A DNA stretch of 64,000 nucleotides, taken from NCBI GenBank assembly GCA_964016885.1, contig OZ024741.1:319796001-319860000 (forward strand), given 5' to 3'. Shown piece by piece: positions 11,456 through 24,596 of the stretch. The stretch is from Eledone cirrhosa (taxonomy: Eukaryota). The notes beneath the pieces were generated by a model, which was not told the DNA's origin, did no database searches, and saw only the letters and a program-made list of their open reading frames with translations. Made by a program: the position numbers and the translations under genes. Positions within the stretch are counted from its first letter, which is position 1. Every line of letters begins with the position of its first letter.

Positions 11456-14400
11456 AGAAGTGTGTAACTTCGCGGACAAGTTTCCGTTAATTTATGTAAG
11501 AAAAAAACGTGAGTTTTCAGTTAAATTTTATATTATTGTGTAACTTGCCCCCCCCCCCCGTCTGGACCTTCGGGTGGTGGGTCAACTCATTTTCGCCCCT
11601 ACAGGGGCGAAATATTCGTTTGAAAAATTTTTTCTCCATCGAATTTTGGAAAAAATATCGTGTAACAGCCTCAAACAGTTAATCGACCGATTTCACCTGG
11701 CCGATAGATATCGACTAGATTTTCCGACTGTGCCACTGTGGACGTGGACTAATCGTAGCGGAACATCTAGATCGTACCTAGATAGGGTTCTAGTTAGAAA
11801 TAAGGATAGGGACATGTTAAGCTGTCCACAAATGTTCATGGTTGCCTATTCAGATCACAAACTAGTGACCTGCATGGCCAACCTTGATAGAACCCATAGA
11901 GAAGGACCCGGCTACTGGAAGCTGAACTTGTCGTTACCGACAAGCAAAGCCTACAGTAGACGGATTAGCACTTTAGTTAAACAGCACTTGACAGGGGCCA
12001 TTGTCAACAACAGATGGTGGTACTCTCTCAAGAAGCCAGTTAGATCAGACTCGTTAGTTTTTAGTAAAGAATTAGCGTTAGATAGAAATAGAACCGAGAA
12101 GGAACTGGTAGATAATGTAGATGAGACAATTAGAAGTGGCAACGTAGCCAGCGTGCTAGCAACGAGAACGGCCTTGGACCAGTTCTTCGACGCAAAGCAC
12201 GAGGGCTGCGTTGTCAGAAGCAAAATACGTGCTCTGGGAAACGAGGGAGCCAAAGCTGTTAGCTGGGCCCGAGTGACGGAGGCAAAAAGTGGCAACAAGT
12301 CCACGATTCGGTCTTTGAAAGACCAAAACGGACGCGTGATACGTGAGCCGAAGCAGATGTGTGAGGCCTTTCAGCGGCACTTTGCTCAACTATTCGGGCG
12401 GGGCGGCGCGCTGGGAGGGGCTATGGATTTCGGTCCATACCTCGACGGCCTACCGCGACTCTCGGACAGCGAGGCAAAGTTCTGCGAAAAGCCGATTTCA
12501 GCCGCTGAGATAGGGGACGCGCTGAGCCAATGCGGCAAACGCAAATCTCCAGGTCTCGACGGTCTACCCTACGAATTTTACGTAGCAATGCCGGACTTAT
12601 TCTCCGGTCTCCTGAAAGCGGTCTACTGCAACTGGCAACAGAACGGGAGAATTCCAAGTTCTGTAACCGGGGGCGTGGTCACACTAGTCAGGAAGGACGA
12701 GGATAAGGGGGATGACATAGTCAACTTCCGGCCCATAACTCTGCTAAACACAGAGTTACAGATTTTGGCCAAGGTGTTGGCAAAGAGGCTGGCGCTTGTC
12801 GTCGAGAACCTGGTGGGAGAAGCGCAGACATGCGCAATCCCGACCAGGTCCATACACGACAACCTCCACCTCATGCGATACATCATAGAGAGGGTAGGGT
12901 GTAAACCCGGCTTCGGTGGGGCCCTGATCAACTTGGATCAGTCTAAGGCTTTCAATAGGGTCGACCATCGTTACCTGGATGCGGTGCTCGCGGCGGCAAG
13001 TTTCGGACTCGTGTTAAGGGGCTGGATTGCTGCAATGCACAACAGCAACATCTGCTCAAGGGTCAAGGTGAACGGCTACCTCTCGGAGCCGTTCCATATT
13101 ACGCGATCCATTCGACAAGGATGTCCTCTCTCGTATTGACTCTCGAGCCACTACTGCGGAAGTGGAGCTATTGCAGGGCATCCTTCTGGAACCGGGACTG
13201 CGGAAAGCGGCGTCGGCCTACGCCGACGACCTGACAGTAATGGTGTCGAGCGCCTCGCAAATCGAGGAGGTCGGCACCTTACTGAAGGAATACGAAAGGT
13301 TCACATGAGCGAAGCTGAACCGGGACAAGTCCATCGGTTTACATCTCGGATCGTGGAGAGGCAAACCGATGCCTTCTGATGGCGTCGTCGGACGATGGAC
13401 GGAAGGACCAGTAAAGCTGTTCGAGGTCTGGTTTGGTTCGGACCTCCAGGTGGAGAAGAACTGGATTGAGGTGTCGGCCAAGGTGTTTGCACTCACCCAG
13501 AAGTGGGCCGAGTGCAAACTATCACTTTTATAGCGTCCGCCATCTACTACCGCTTGACCGTCGTGCCTTGTCCAGCCAAAATGGAGCGCGCGCTCTTCCA
13601 ATTCCTTTGGAAGAGGCGGGCCCCTTTGGTGAGAAGATCCATCTGCTGCCAACGCCCTTCCAACAGAGGGCTGGGGATGCCGTGGCCGACGATGCGCAAA
13701 CACGCGCTCAGGCTGCGGCATCTGTACGTATTCCTCACCGGACAACCGGTGTGGGCCCAGTTCGTGAGGCGAGCCTTCCCACGACTCGTCTCGCTGACCG
13801 AGCTGCAGTCCTGGGTCAAGCAAAGACCGAGGAAAATGGGCGACTGGCACATCGAATGTGCTCAGGCGCTCACAGCCCTCTGGCAGGCGGACCCGGCTAT
13901 CAGTGGAGACTCCACTTCGTCATTCTATAGAGGATTGATCCGCAGCAAGTGCGACGACGTGCTCGGTGAAACTCTGGGCGTAGAGGAAGACGAACTGGCC
14001 AGTCTGTTCGGTAGGACCTTCCGCCCGGGACCGATGGACAACTTTGAAAAGTCCCTGGCCTGGCAGTGCTACCGAAGAGCTCTACCAGTTCGAGACAAGC
14101 TCTACAGACATGGGCGCCCGGGCAGGGACCCTGCAAAAAAGACCTGTCCGAGGTGCGTACGAGACGAAGAAACCGTCGCGCACGCATTCATACACTGCCC
14201 GGGCGTCACCGACCTGTGGGGCTATGTGGAACGACTATTGTCGCAGGTGGGACCAATCCAGTTGACCACCGAGTCCATTGTCATGATCAAGCCGCCACCC
14301 ACCTTCAAAAACGAAGGAGAGGCGGTTTTCCTTTGTGTGATAGCTATGGCGAAAGAGGTTGTATGGTGGACAAGGTTGAAAGGGCTGAGGTCAGACACCT

Positions 14401-14615
14401 TTCTCTCCGGCCAACAACTGATTCTTTTTTTTCAAATACCACTTTGGAAGAAGAATCAGGATGGAGAGAGAGAGGTGCTGTACCCCAGCAAGTTTTATGA
14501 AAGGTGGGTGAAAGTGGCGAGAATGGCCCGTAGGTTGAAGAAAAAGAGGAGGAGAGGAAAGGAGTACAAACTCTTCCTACTCCTGGAGATGAGGGTTGCA
14601 CATTTTTTTTCGAGG
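11456..14615 (+). mobile_element. Second Tx1/L1-clade LINE copy (related subfamily), ORF1 missing
   Basis: A short 5'-UTR-like segment is joined at ~11660 to mid-APE sequence. It then carries SDH, GPGYWKLN, RT motifs and CPRC..ETVAHAFIHC, with frameshifts and stops. Confidence 0.9.
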
Positions 14616-14632
14616 GTATGTGTTACCCATAT

Positions 14633-14730
14633 TGAGGTTGACTTTGCCTTTCATCCTTACGGGGTCGATAAAATAAAGTACCAGTAATGCGCTGGGTAAT
14701 TGCTGGCCTTGTGCCAAAAAGTAGAAATAA
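14633..14730 (+). mobile_element. SINE family A, 3' portion
   Basis: Matches the consensus body. Confidence 0.8.
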
Positions 14731-14762
14731 AGAAAGATATCTATCAGGGCAGGTAATACGAT

Positions 14763-14831
<69 letters not shown>

Positions 14832-14876
14832 CAATTATGAAGTATGTATGTATGCACATATATGTGTGTATCTCTC

Positions 14877-14936
<60 letters not shown>

Positions 14937-14941
<5 letters not shown>

Positions 14942-17500
14942 TAATAAAAACAATGAAATAAAAACAAAGAACAGGTTCCTTATATTAAAAAAATCATCAT
15001 TTTACGATCGTTTCTGGGATATATATGTGTATGTTGATATGTATATCATATTAAAGATCTATGTAAAAAAAATATTACAAATTATCAGAGGAGATATACT
15101 TACCTTCACTTATATATGCCATATTCAGAAACGATGAAGAATGTTTATTGAAAGAAAGTATTAATACAAAAAGTCTGTTTTGGAACAGGTTTTGAATTGA
15201 CCAATAGAAAAGTTAGAGGTCAAGTTGATAGAATAACCGTAGTAGAAATGTTATGCTAGGAGTGGAGGAATGTAAATTTATGCTTTGAATGAAAAGAATG
15301 GGGAAGAGAAAAGTAGGGGTTAAAATGAGGTCAAGTTAATGAGATAGCGAAGGACCCCCCCCCCCCCCCCCCCAAAAAAAAAAAATTGATGTTATTAATG
15401 AATGTTGTTAAAAGCATAGGGAAAATAATTTTATGTGGGATGAGAGTGTTAGTGAGAAATACTACTCCTGTTTAAATTTTAAGGAACCTAGATACATAAA
15501 AGGAAATTAAATTAATTGATAAGAATACTTACAGAGTTAAAATTATATTAATTCTTATGGTTGTGATAAATAAAGAAGTAAAAGAAATAAAAAATAAAAA
15601 AATATATATATAGAAAGACTGAAATAGATAACATTTTATAAAAAGTAGTGTATCTATCTAAACAACCGTAATATTAAAGATATTAATTATATTTACTAAT
15701 CCTAGGTATTGAACGTGATAGATAGGGGATGCGGTTAAAAGAAGTAGTGAGGTTAAAGATAACTTAAGGTAAAGTGAGTTGCAAGAGGGAAATAAAATTA
15801 TGAAATTCTTTGTAGTAAATATTTAATTATAGGTAAACTAAATAAAAAAAATTATAATAATTTGTAAAATATAATAGTGAGGTATTATTTAATAGGATAA
15901 CATGGGATTTCATGATTTCAAATAGTTCTTGGGAGCATAACCTACACTCATATCTACTATTTTGATAAGGAGTGGCCCTTTTGAGCACGCTCCAGGTCAG
16001 ATTATAATCTATATCCTTCTTTTTATAATTATTAATTGCTTCAGCCAAGGAGGTTGTATTAGCTAATGCGGCATTTTTAAAACTATGTATGTGGGTATTA
16101 AATCTTACTTTAAATTGGTTAGACGTAGCTCCTATATAGGATTGAGAGGAGTCCTTAGTGCTAACTACACATTTATAGACTATATTATTAATAAGACAAC
16201 TTCCCTTTAATAGACAATTTCTTTTGATTCTACAGTTACAGCCATTCGTAAATATTGTGTCAGGAGAGTTAATTGTGTTATCTATAGTGATATTAGTGTT
16301 ACTATTTTCATTAATGTATGGTTTAGAATGGGTTGTAATTAGATTAGTATGGTTAGACAGGTTGTTGGTGGGTGATAGTTTAGGGGATGTCGAGCTAGTA
16401 GAACTCTGTTTGTTTTGGAGATTATTAGTCAAAGTTGGTGTGGAGTTTACGGGACCTATTATAGGTGAAGGAGAAGGTGGTTTGTTTAGGTTTACTTTAG
16501 TATTATTATGGTTGGTTTGATGTGTTGGTGGTATATTTATGTTTTTTTTTTACACTTATATGTGTTGTACGCACTTATATTCTGTTGTATATTCTTGGTA
16601 GTGGAGTAGGAAAATTTGACAGTAGATCTATTTAAAATTTGATATTATTTATGGTTTGGTGGGAAATTTTTCTCTAGGTTAGCATAGAATTTTTTGGGGA
16701 TATTGTCTTTAATCTGTAGATTAAATGGAGCATTATACCAAGTAAGCCGTCTATTACGGTTTCGACATTGTTTCTTATATTTATATGATGTATCTGGTTT
16801 AGTTAGATTAATTGATGTTTCAGGCTGATTACTAGAAATGTTGTTAGTTATGTTGTTGACGTATGTAAGAGTTTTAGGGTGAATAGTTTTCTGAAAGTCA
16901 TTATCTTTTATGTGAGAAGAGGTAGAGAAATTAAGTTTTGGGTTGGTGTTTTTAGGTGTAGTATGAGTGGCGTTTAGATGTGGGTTTTTCATTTGGTGTT
17001 TGTTGGTAATATTAGGTTGTATGTTTCAAATATTATTGGTGCATGGTATATAGACTAATTTGTTCTTATGGCCGCTTCTAGCTAAAGCTTCATTATAAAA
17101 GGGCGCGTTTTTATCGAATACATCATGATTTGATGAAAGGTTAGAGATTCTGAGTGAGATATTATATGCTAGTTTTTTAAGGATAGATTTAGGGTGATTA
17201 AATTGTGAGTGTATGTAATGCAAGATTTGGTTAGGTTTATGGTAAGGTTGGTAGACACCTGTATCGTGATGACTCTTCTTCTATCCACTAATCTTAGCCT
17301 ATCGGAAATTGAAATAAATAAAAAAACTTATTAGAACTTTCCCCAAAGACTATTATAATCTCACTATTACATTTGAAAACACCAGTAAAATAGTCAATTT
17401 CCCAGATATAACTATGGACCTATCTACCAACCTTACCATAAACCTAACCAAAACTTGCATTACATACACTCACTATTTTATTGTTTTTATTAATTTATCT
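14937..17500 (-). mobile_element. Penelope-like element, 5'-truncated, with an inverted upstream piece
   Basis: Minus-strand RT thumb (HYIHSQFNHP, RISNLSS, WYNAPF) and GIY-YIG (CNC..IVYK..YIGAT..FKVRFNTH..CRLC). A plus-strand inverted RT piece with YRDD sits at ~17258-17475. 17477-17500 mirrors 14937-14960. Confidence 0.85.
15827..16432 (-). pseudogene. PLE GIY-YIG endonuclease domain remnant
   Basis: IVYKC...SYIGAT...FKVRFNTH motif with a Cys-rich N-terminal part and a CxxC. Confidence 0.85.
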
Positions 17501-17984
17501 TGACTCTGTTTTCCTATGATATTTATCGTTAAATTTTGAATGCATTCTCTCTTTTCATCACATCTATATTTGGATTACATTGAGTTCTTCATACGGATTG
17601 GACACTACCGTTTATTTTGGGTAGATTTATTTGCATATATATACATATATATATATATATATATGGACAAGATGAGATGCTCTATGCATTACATCAAGAC
17701 GAAGATTACCGCCAAGTTATCACATTGTATCTGTGAAAGTAGTAGTTATATTCACCACAGTAAGCTAATAAAAGACACCTTTCCAAATTTTACAGAACAG
17801 TATATGTGTAATTAACTATCTCAACCATTATCTTGTAACTACTTACACCACGATGCACTCTGATTTTGACAGCCACTTATCTTGGGACATTTATCTCACA
17901 AATAAATAGAAATATAAGCTAACATGTTAAATTATATATATAATATAAATATAAGCTAATGTATTAAATAATCCTCCTCTTTCT

Positions 17985-18057
<73 letters not shown>

Positions 18058-18726
18058 CATATATATACATACACACATATATATAATATATATATGTACA
18101 TATTTATACATACATATATATACATACACACATATATATAATATATATATATACATATTTATATATATATATACATACATATTTATATATACATATATAC
18201 ATACATATATATACATATATACATACATATATATACCCCCCCCCCATCCACACATATTTATATATATATATATATCTATATCTATATAAATGTACGTGTG
18301 TATGTGTGCCCCCTCCCGTGTGTGTGTGTGTGCGTGTGTGAGTATATGTATGTATGTATGGAGGACTGGATGCATGTATGTATATATGTATGCATTTGCA
18401 CGGGTGTGGGTCTGTTTGACTGCTAGTGCATTTGTAATCTAATGACATTCGGAATATATTTCATCTTAATTGAATGTATAGGTGAGACTTGACATTGCCC
18501 AAGTGCGTTCCGTATATCCGTAATATATCTTAGTTATAATCACAGGTACAGACACATACATAAACACAGAGACACTCACACAGGCTTGTTTAATGTCTCG
18601 CTCTTTATATATGTGATCATATCTTTGGGCTTAATTCTCATCGCAAACAGCGTGTCAAGGTGTGACAACTCACTCAATTGGGTATTAGCGCCAGAACAGC
18701 CTTGATTGAGCACACGTATAAATTTG

Positions 18727-18757
<31 letters not shown>

Positions 18758-18786
18758 CACACACACGCATCTCTCTCTCTCTCACT

Positions 18787-19091
<305 letters not shown>

Positions 19092-19098
19092 ATATAAT

Positions 19099-19129
<31 letters not shown>

Positions 19130-20133
19130 GATATATATATATAGATATGTGGTCCCTATGGTGGATGGTCCACCGGATCCTCTACTGGTTAGGAGTCATC
19201 AAAACCACGTTTTATTGAACCTGAGGACCCCCCCCCCCGGGAGCGGCCCACACAGGAAGAACAATTATTACAAGGTACTAACCCTATACGCATGAATGAG
19301 AGCCCACAACCGTGCATTGTGTGTGTATACTGGGACTGCGTGAATGTACACACTCATGTGAACGCAGCGTAATACTAATACCCAGGTTGGATTGATAAAT
19401 GTTCGAGTGTATGCTTAAGAGTATATTAGTATATACTCTCTTGTATGAGTACACATGTGTATATAGACATACACGCGCATCCAGAAGTATAAAAGTGTGG
19501 GTGGGTATATATGTCTGTACTAAGGGATTCGCCTAAGCTCCAAAGCCCACAAGCTATTGCTGTGAAGATATATATCACACTCTACTTTTGTCTAGTCTAA
19601 ACAATAACTTTTCCAAACACCCACTTTACTTTTCTTTAAAAATAACACCCACCTAGTTTTATGTCTGCCTTATACTTGGATTTGGGGGCCTCTGTTGTAT
19701 ATATATATGCACTTGTGCGTATATATATATATATACACACCTGTATTTTAAGTATTACCACCCCATATTTAGTCCTCAATTTGTATGTGTGGATGTGTGT
19801 GTGTGTCTGTGGAAGTGGGTGTGAGTGTATGTGCAACCCAACCTACATAAGTCTTTTTATTTGTAAATTTTCTATTCTAACCATAATTTTCAGTAGCACC
19901 ACTCCACATAAATTCCTCAATTTAAGAATGACCTGTAGTATCTATTCCATACTATTAACCTTAATTGAATATATATCTGACCAGGAATGCTTTTTGTGAA
20001 AATCAGTCATATGGAACTATTGTCATCTTGCCTGACGGTTTGAACTTTACAACACCACCTGCCTCATTGAAGTCAAATACCAACCCTACTAGCATCTACA
20101 AACTGACCAATGAGAATTAAGACTATTCCTGCT

Positions 20134-20330
20134 GACAACATTAAATTATTCCTAACAAGCTCATATGTCCCAAGGCTCTGATACCATCAACAATATAAAC
20201 ACAGAGCTGGCATATCTAAGAACTGACTAACTGCCTGATGAGGTCATAGCCATTCAATGGCTATCATCAAAATATATATAGCAGTAAATAAAGGATTATG
20301 AGTTCATGCAATTGACTTATGTTTCGTCAC
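20134..20330 (+). mobile_element. 3' end of a hammerhead-bearing repeat (copy 1; copy 2 at 57028-57223)
   Basis: About 195 bp is shared with 57028-57223 and both copies end at TTTCGTCAC+(TA)n. Motif ACTGC-CTGATGA-hairpin-CAAAA-TATATATA-GCAGT. Confidence 0.75.
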
Positions 20331-20359
20331 TATATATATATATATAGAGAGAGAGATAA

Positions 20360-20457
<98 letters not shown>

Positions 20458-20469
20458 ATAGATGCTTGA

Positions 20470-20610
20470 AGACCCGTGGCCCAGTGATTAGAGAACTGAG
20501 CTCACAATCGTATGATTGTGAGTTCGATATCTTCACTAGGCAATACGTTCTTTCCTTGAACAAAGGCACTTTAATTCATGTGATCGATTTGGATCCAGCT
20601 GGAAAAAATG
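20470..20610 (+). mobile_element. Degenerate SINE family B (CORE-like)
   Basis: GTGGCCCAGTGATTAG A-box-like, GAGTTCGAT B-box-like and TCCTTGAACAAAGGCACTT core-like motifs. Confidence 0.55.
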
Positions 20611-21785
20611 AAATACGACAAAACACTTAACAATCTCTATCGGTTATTGCTTTTCCCGGTGTCGTGGAGGGCATTTAAATGCATGCTTTTGTCACTGCTG
20701 GTCTGCTGCAAACATGCGTAGGAGAGTCGGTCATTAATGGTTCCATAAACCATAGTCATTCACGATCGTAGATAGATTAAACAACATAGCCACTCCGTTA
20801 TCTCTTAGTATTATTTTGGTTTTGATCAACATATCTCTCTACAATTTCACTTGTTATCTGCTCAGGGGACTATCAGCACCCTGACCACTGCTGTCTCGAG
20901 GATTTATGTGGATTTCCTATCTCACTCCAGGTTCCTTATATAACCAATCTCTTCAATCATATTATCCTCCGACATGTCCGTTCTTCTATACTGTATGTGC
21001 TCACACAAACGCATAGACACACACTCACACGAACACCGTCATAGTTTATGTCACCCCACTCATATATACTAACTGTACACACAGACGATATACATACACA
21101 TACACATACACACACACAGTGACAACCACGTTGACATACATAAACATACACACTTAGACACTTATAACACACAAACTTATATAAAATACACAGATTAGAT
21201 AGGTGCATGCCAGATAACACTACCTACACTTTTACAATGATTCATTCACATAATTACTTGCTAAGACTGATACATAGAAACGGCAGATATCCCAACAGGC
21301 TCTTATTGTAATGAATAACTACAATCGAAATGCCACACGTGCTGTACAAACTTACACACACAAACACTCCTGAATGTATTTACATATAGAGTTAGATAAA
21401 CACAAACTTACAGACTAACATATTCATTGAATAAGCGGATGCACGCACACGATGCACCTCAACCACATCCATACACAAGCAGCACTGAAAGACCCTCTGC
21501 CCCCATTAATGCATACATACCCTTATGCAGGCAAAACTACTTACCTACATCCTCGTCCGATTCACCCCTCCCGATGACCCGTAACAGCTCGTTTTTTCTA
21601 ACCTTTTCTTTCTCTCCTAACTTCTCTGTAACTTCTTTCCCAATGAACGATTAACATATGATACTTTGAAGAGACTTCATTTCCCATTTCATACATGCCT
21701 GAAATTAAAGTCACTTCTCGCGATTGTCCTCCTTGCCTGGTTTCAATCATTATAATTGTTGACCTCGCCCTGTATATATATTATA

Positions 21786-22045
21786 GTGGAGGCGCGTGGC
21801 CTAGTGGTAAGGGTGTTGGACTTACGATCATAATGTCAGGAGTTCGATTCCTGCACTGGGTTGCATGTTGTGTTCAGGAGAAAAAACACTTCATTTCACG
21901 TTGCTCCAGTATACTCAGCTCAAAATGAGTACCAGCAATAGCTGGAGGTTTAACCCTGCGATGAATCGGCGTCCTGTCCAGTGGGGAGTCTTGTACATAC
22001 ACTCAGTCGCTTCACCCCATGAAACAGGCATAATTTTGGCTTAAG
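21786..22045 (+). mobile_element. tRNA-derived SINE family B (CORE-like)
   Basis: A box TGGCCTAGTGG, B box GAGTTCGATTCC. Paralogous to 62693-62930. Confidence 0.8.
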
Positions 22046-22075
22046 ACGCATATATATATATATATATATATATAC

Positions 22076-22243
22076 ACCATATTTTCCGGCACCGAAGACG
22101 CTTCGTCCTCGAAGACGCACCCTAATTTTGACAACCAAAAATTTGAAAAAAAATAATAAACAACCTTCGGTCTACAAGACGCATGGTAGATTTTTGAGAC
22201 TTATTTTAGGAAAAAAGTAGCGTCTTGGACGCCGGGAAATACG
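22076..22243. mobile_element. pogo/Tc2-type MITE
   Basis: CCATATTTTCCGGC..AAGACGC is mirrored by GCGTCTT..GCCGGGAAATACG. Confidence 0.6.
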
Positions 22244-23328
22244 CCCGTTAGGGCCTGTAAGAGTGGTGAGGGTGAAAATAAAGGAACAAGTGTTGCAGCG
22301 GGAACGTGAACAAGGATGAGAGCCGAGTGGAGTTGTGGGAGAGGACGGAAAGGAACTGCGGACCAGGAGGTCGCGTATGTTGCAGGCGCGCTTAAAAGCA
22401 GTAATGGGTGGATTTGGAAAAAAGCGAGATGTGACGGGGTCAGAAGAGAGGATACGGAAGGAATACGCCGGAGTGGTAGGGTGATGGGGTGGTAGGTGAG
22501 AGGGAAAGGAACATGGGTGTTGGGAGGGCGGGGGTGAGGTGTGAGGGCTGTGGTGTGGTCTGTTTCGTGGGCGCGGTGAGAGCAGCTTGGATCAGGGTGG
22601 GGGGATATCCACGCTGGATGAAGCAGGAAGCCATGCGAAGGGAATGGGTTTCGAAATCGTCATCCTGGCTACAGAGTCGACGAAGACGGATGAATTGGGA
22701 AAAGGGTATGGAGTGTTTGGTGTGGGTTGGATGGGAGGAGGGGAAGTCGAGATAAGATTGGGAGTCTGTTGGTTTAATGAAGATGGAAGTAGAGAGGGTG
22801 TGTGGTGAGAGTGATTAATAGATAGAGAGATATCTAGAAAAGCGACAGAAGAATCGGAGACGGAGGCTGTGAAAGTGAGAGCAGGATGGAAAGATTGGAC
22901 AAAAGAAAGAAAACAGTCGAACTGTTCTCGTGATAGAGATGTGGCGCCGATACAGTCGTCGATATAAGGACCGTATAGCTCAGGAGTCGGTCCAGCGTAT
23001 TGGGAGAAGATCTGGGCTTCGACGTAGCCAACAAACAAGTTGGCATAGTTTGGACCCATTCTGGTTCCCATCGCTACCCCAGAGATCTGTTGATAAAATT
23101 CACCCGAAAAAGAAAATCCATTGAGGATGAGAACAAGCTCAGCCAGACGGAGAAGAATGGTGGTGCTGGGATAAGGGGTAGGGCGTAAATCTAAAAAATG
23201 TTGGAGAGCACGGAGGCCGTCATCATGAGGGATGACGGTATAGAGAGAGGTGATGTCCAGGGTAAAGAGAAGGCGGGAGGGACCAGGAGGGAAGGAGAAA
23301 GAGTTGAAGAGTCTAATGGCATCTCGGT
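22244..23328 (-). mobile_element. Penelope-like element RT, thumb and linker fragment
   Basis: TLDITSLYTVIPH, FYQQISGVAMGTRMGPNYANLF, YIDD, FLDI and the linker PPITAFKR..NIRDLLVRS. Confidence 0.9.
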
Positions 23329-24027
23329 TTGGATACTCCTGTCGCGCGTCATTTCTGTTCTCCTGGTCATTCTTCCCTACATGTTTCAGTCCTGAGTGTC
23401 CTTTTACATCATGGATCACATGCCTTGCGCATGTCCCCTCTTGGACTCAACTCACCACCCAATTTCTCTAATACCCCGTCCATTATCACACTCCTAGATT
23501 CCTATCGCTTTCTCTTGATCATTAGCAGCTTCTCTTACAACTAATACATGCCGACTATATATGCTCACTCCACTTTTCCCTTCATTGCTCTGTATACACA
23601 CATACACACGCTAATATTGACATACTTTTGCTTATAGCTTCGTACTTACATGCACACTCACTCTTTTACTCACATATACACACAAACACATGGTTACGCA
23701 GGTGCACAAGTATAGCTCTTTTTACGAAACGTTTTTTTATCCATTTCAGGTAGACGCGTTCCATCATCTTTTCTAAAAAATAAATCATACACAAAACGCC
23801 AACACCAACAGTTTTGCAAGAGATGTCAACATGAATGGACCTGTTATTTTTATCTAAAGACATTTCCAATTCCATCCCGCCCGTCCCCTCAATCTATCTT
23901 ATTTCTCATTCTTTCTTCTGATGAAGGACTAGTGTCCGAAACGTTAAGACCCTCTTCCTGCTATATCAAGCGTTAACCTAATATATCCCTTCCATATACT
24001 GTACCGATTGTGTTATTTCTGTTTACC

Positions 24028-24030
<3 letters not shown>
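23329..24030 (+). mobile_element. Inverted 3' end/pLTR of the same PLE
   Basis: PVARHFCSPGHS..SPLGLN is a GIY-YIG C-terminus on the opposite strand, starting at the RT break. A hammerhead core lies downstream. Confidence 0.7.
23913..23949 (+). ncRNA. Minimal type I hammerhead ribozyme motif
   Basis: TCTT-CTGATGA-A-GGAC(TAGT)GTCC-GAAAC-GTT-AAGA. Short stem I TCTT/AAGA. Confidence 0.7.
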
Positions 24031-24074
<44 letters not shown>

Positions 24075-24596
24075 TATATATATATATATATTTATTAAAA
24101 TAACAGATTAAAATTTAAGCACAGAATCGCTGCTTTCACCCTTATCGAACCCTCTTTGGATTTTAGTCTTCACATTTATTATTATTACTATTATATATAT
24201 ATATATATATATATTTATTAAAATAACAGATTAAAGTTTAAGCAAAGAATCGCTGCTTTCACCTTTAACTGGATCTTCTGAAACTAACAAAGTCAATCTG
24301 TAAACGCAGAAGTGGATATTTCAAAAAACGTTGCAACCGGAGGAAGACAGGAAGACGATACTTTGATTCGTGGAAACGTTCCCTGTCAAAGAACGGGAAA
24401 AAAACGAATATAATACGTCATTAATAGGAGCGGTGAAAAATAATTACACGCAAAGACAGAACCACGTTTATGGTATAAAAGAAGTCGTAGACTAATGTTC
24501 TCTTAGGTGGTTCATAGAGACGTTCTCTGGCAATGAAAGGAAAAAACGAAGATAATAGTCATATGTGGAGCGTGGAGAACAATTGCACGCAATAAC

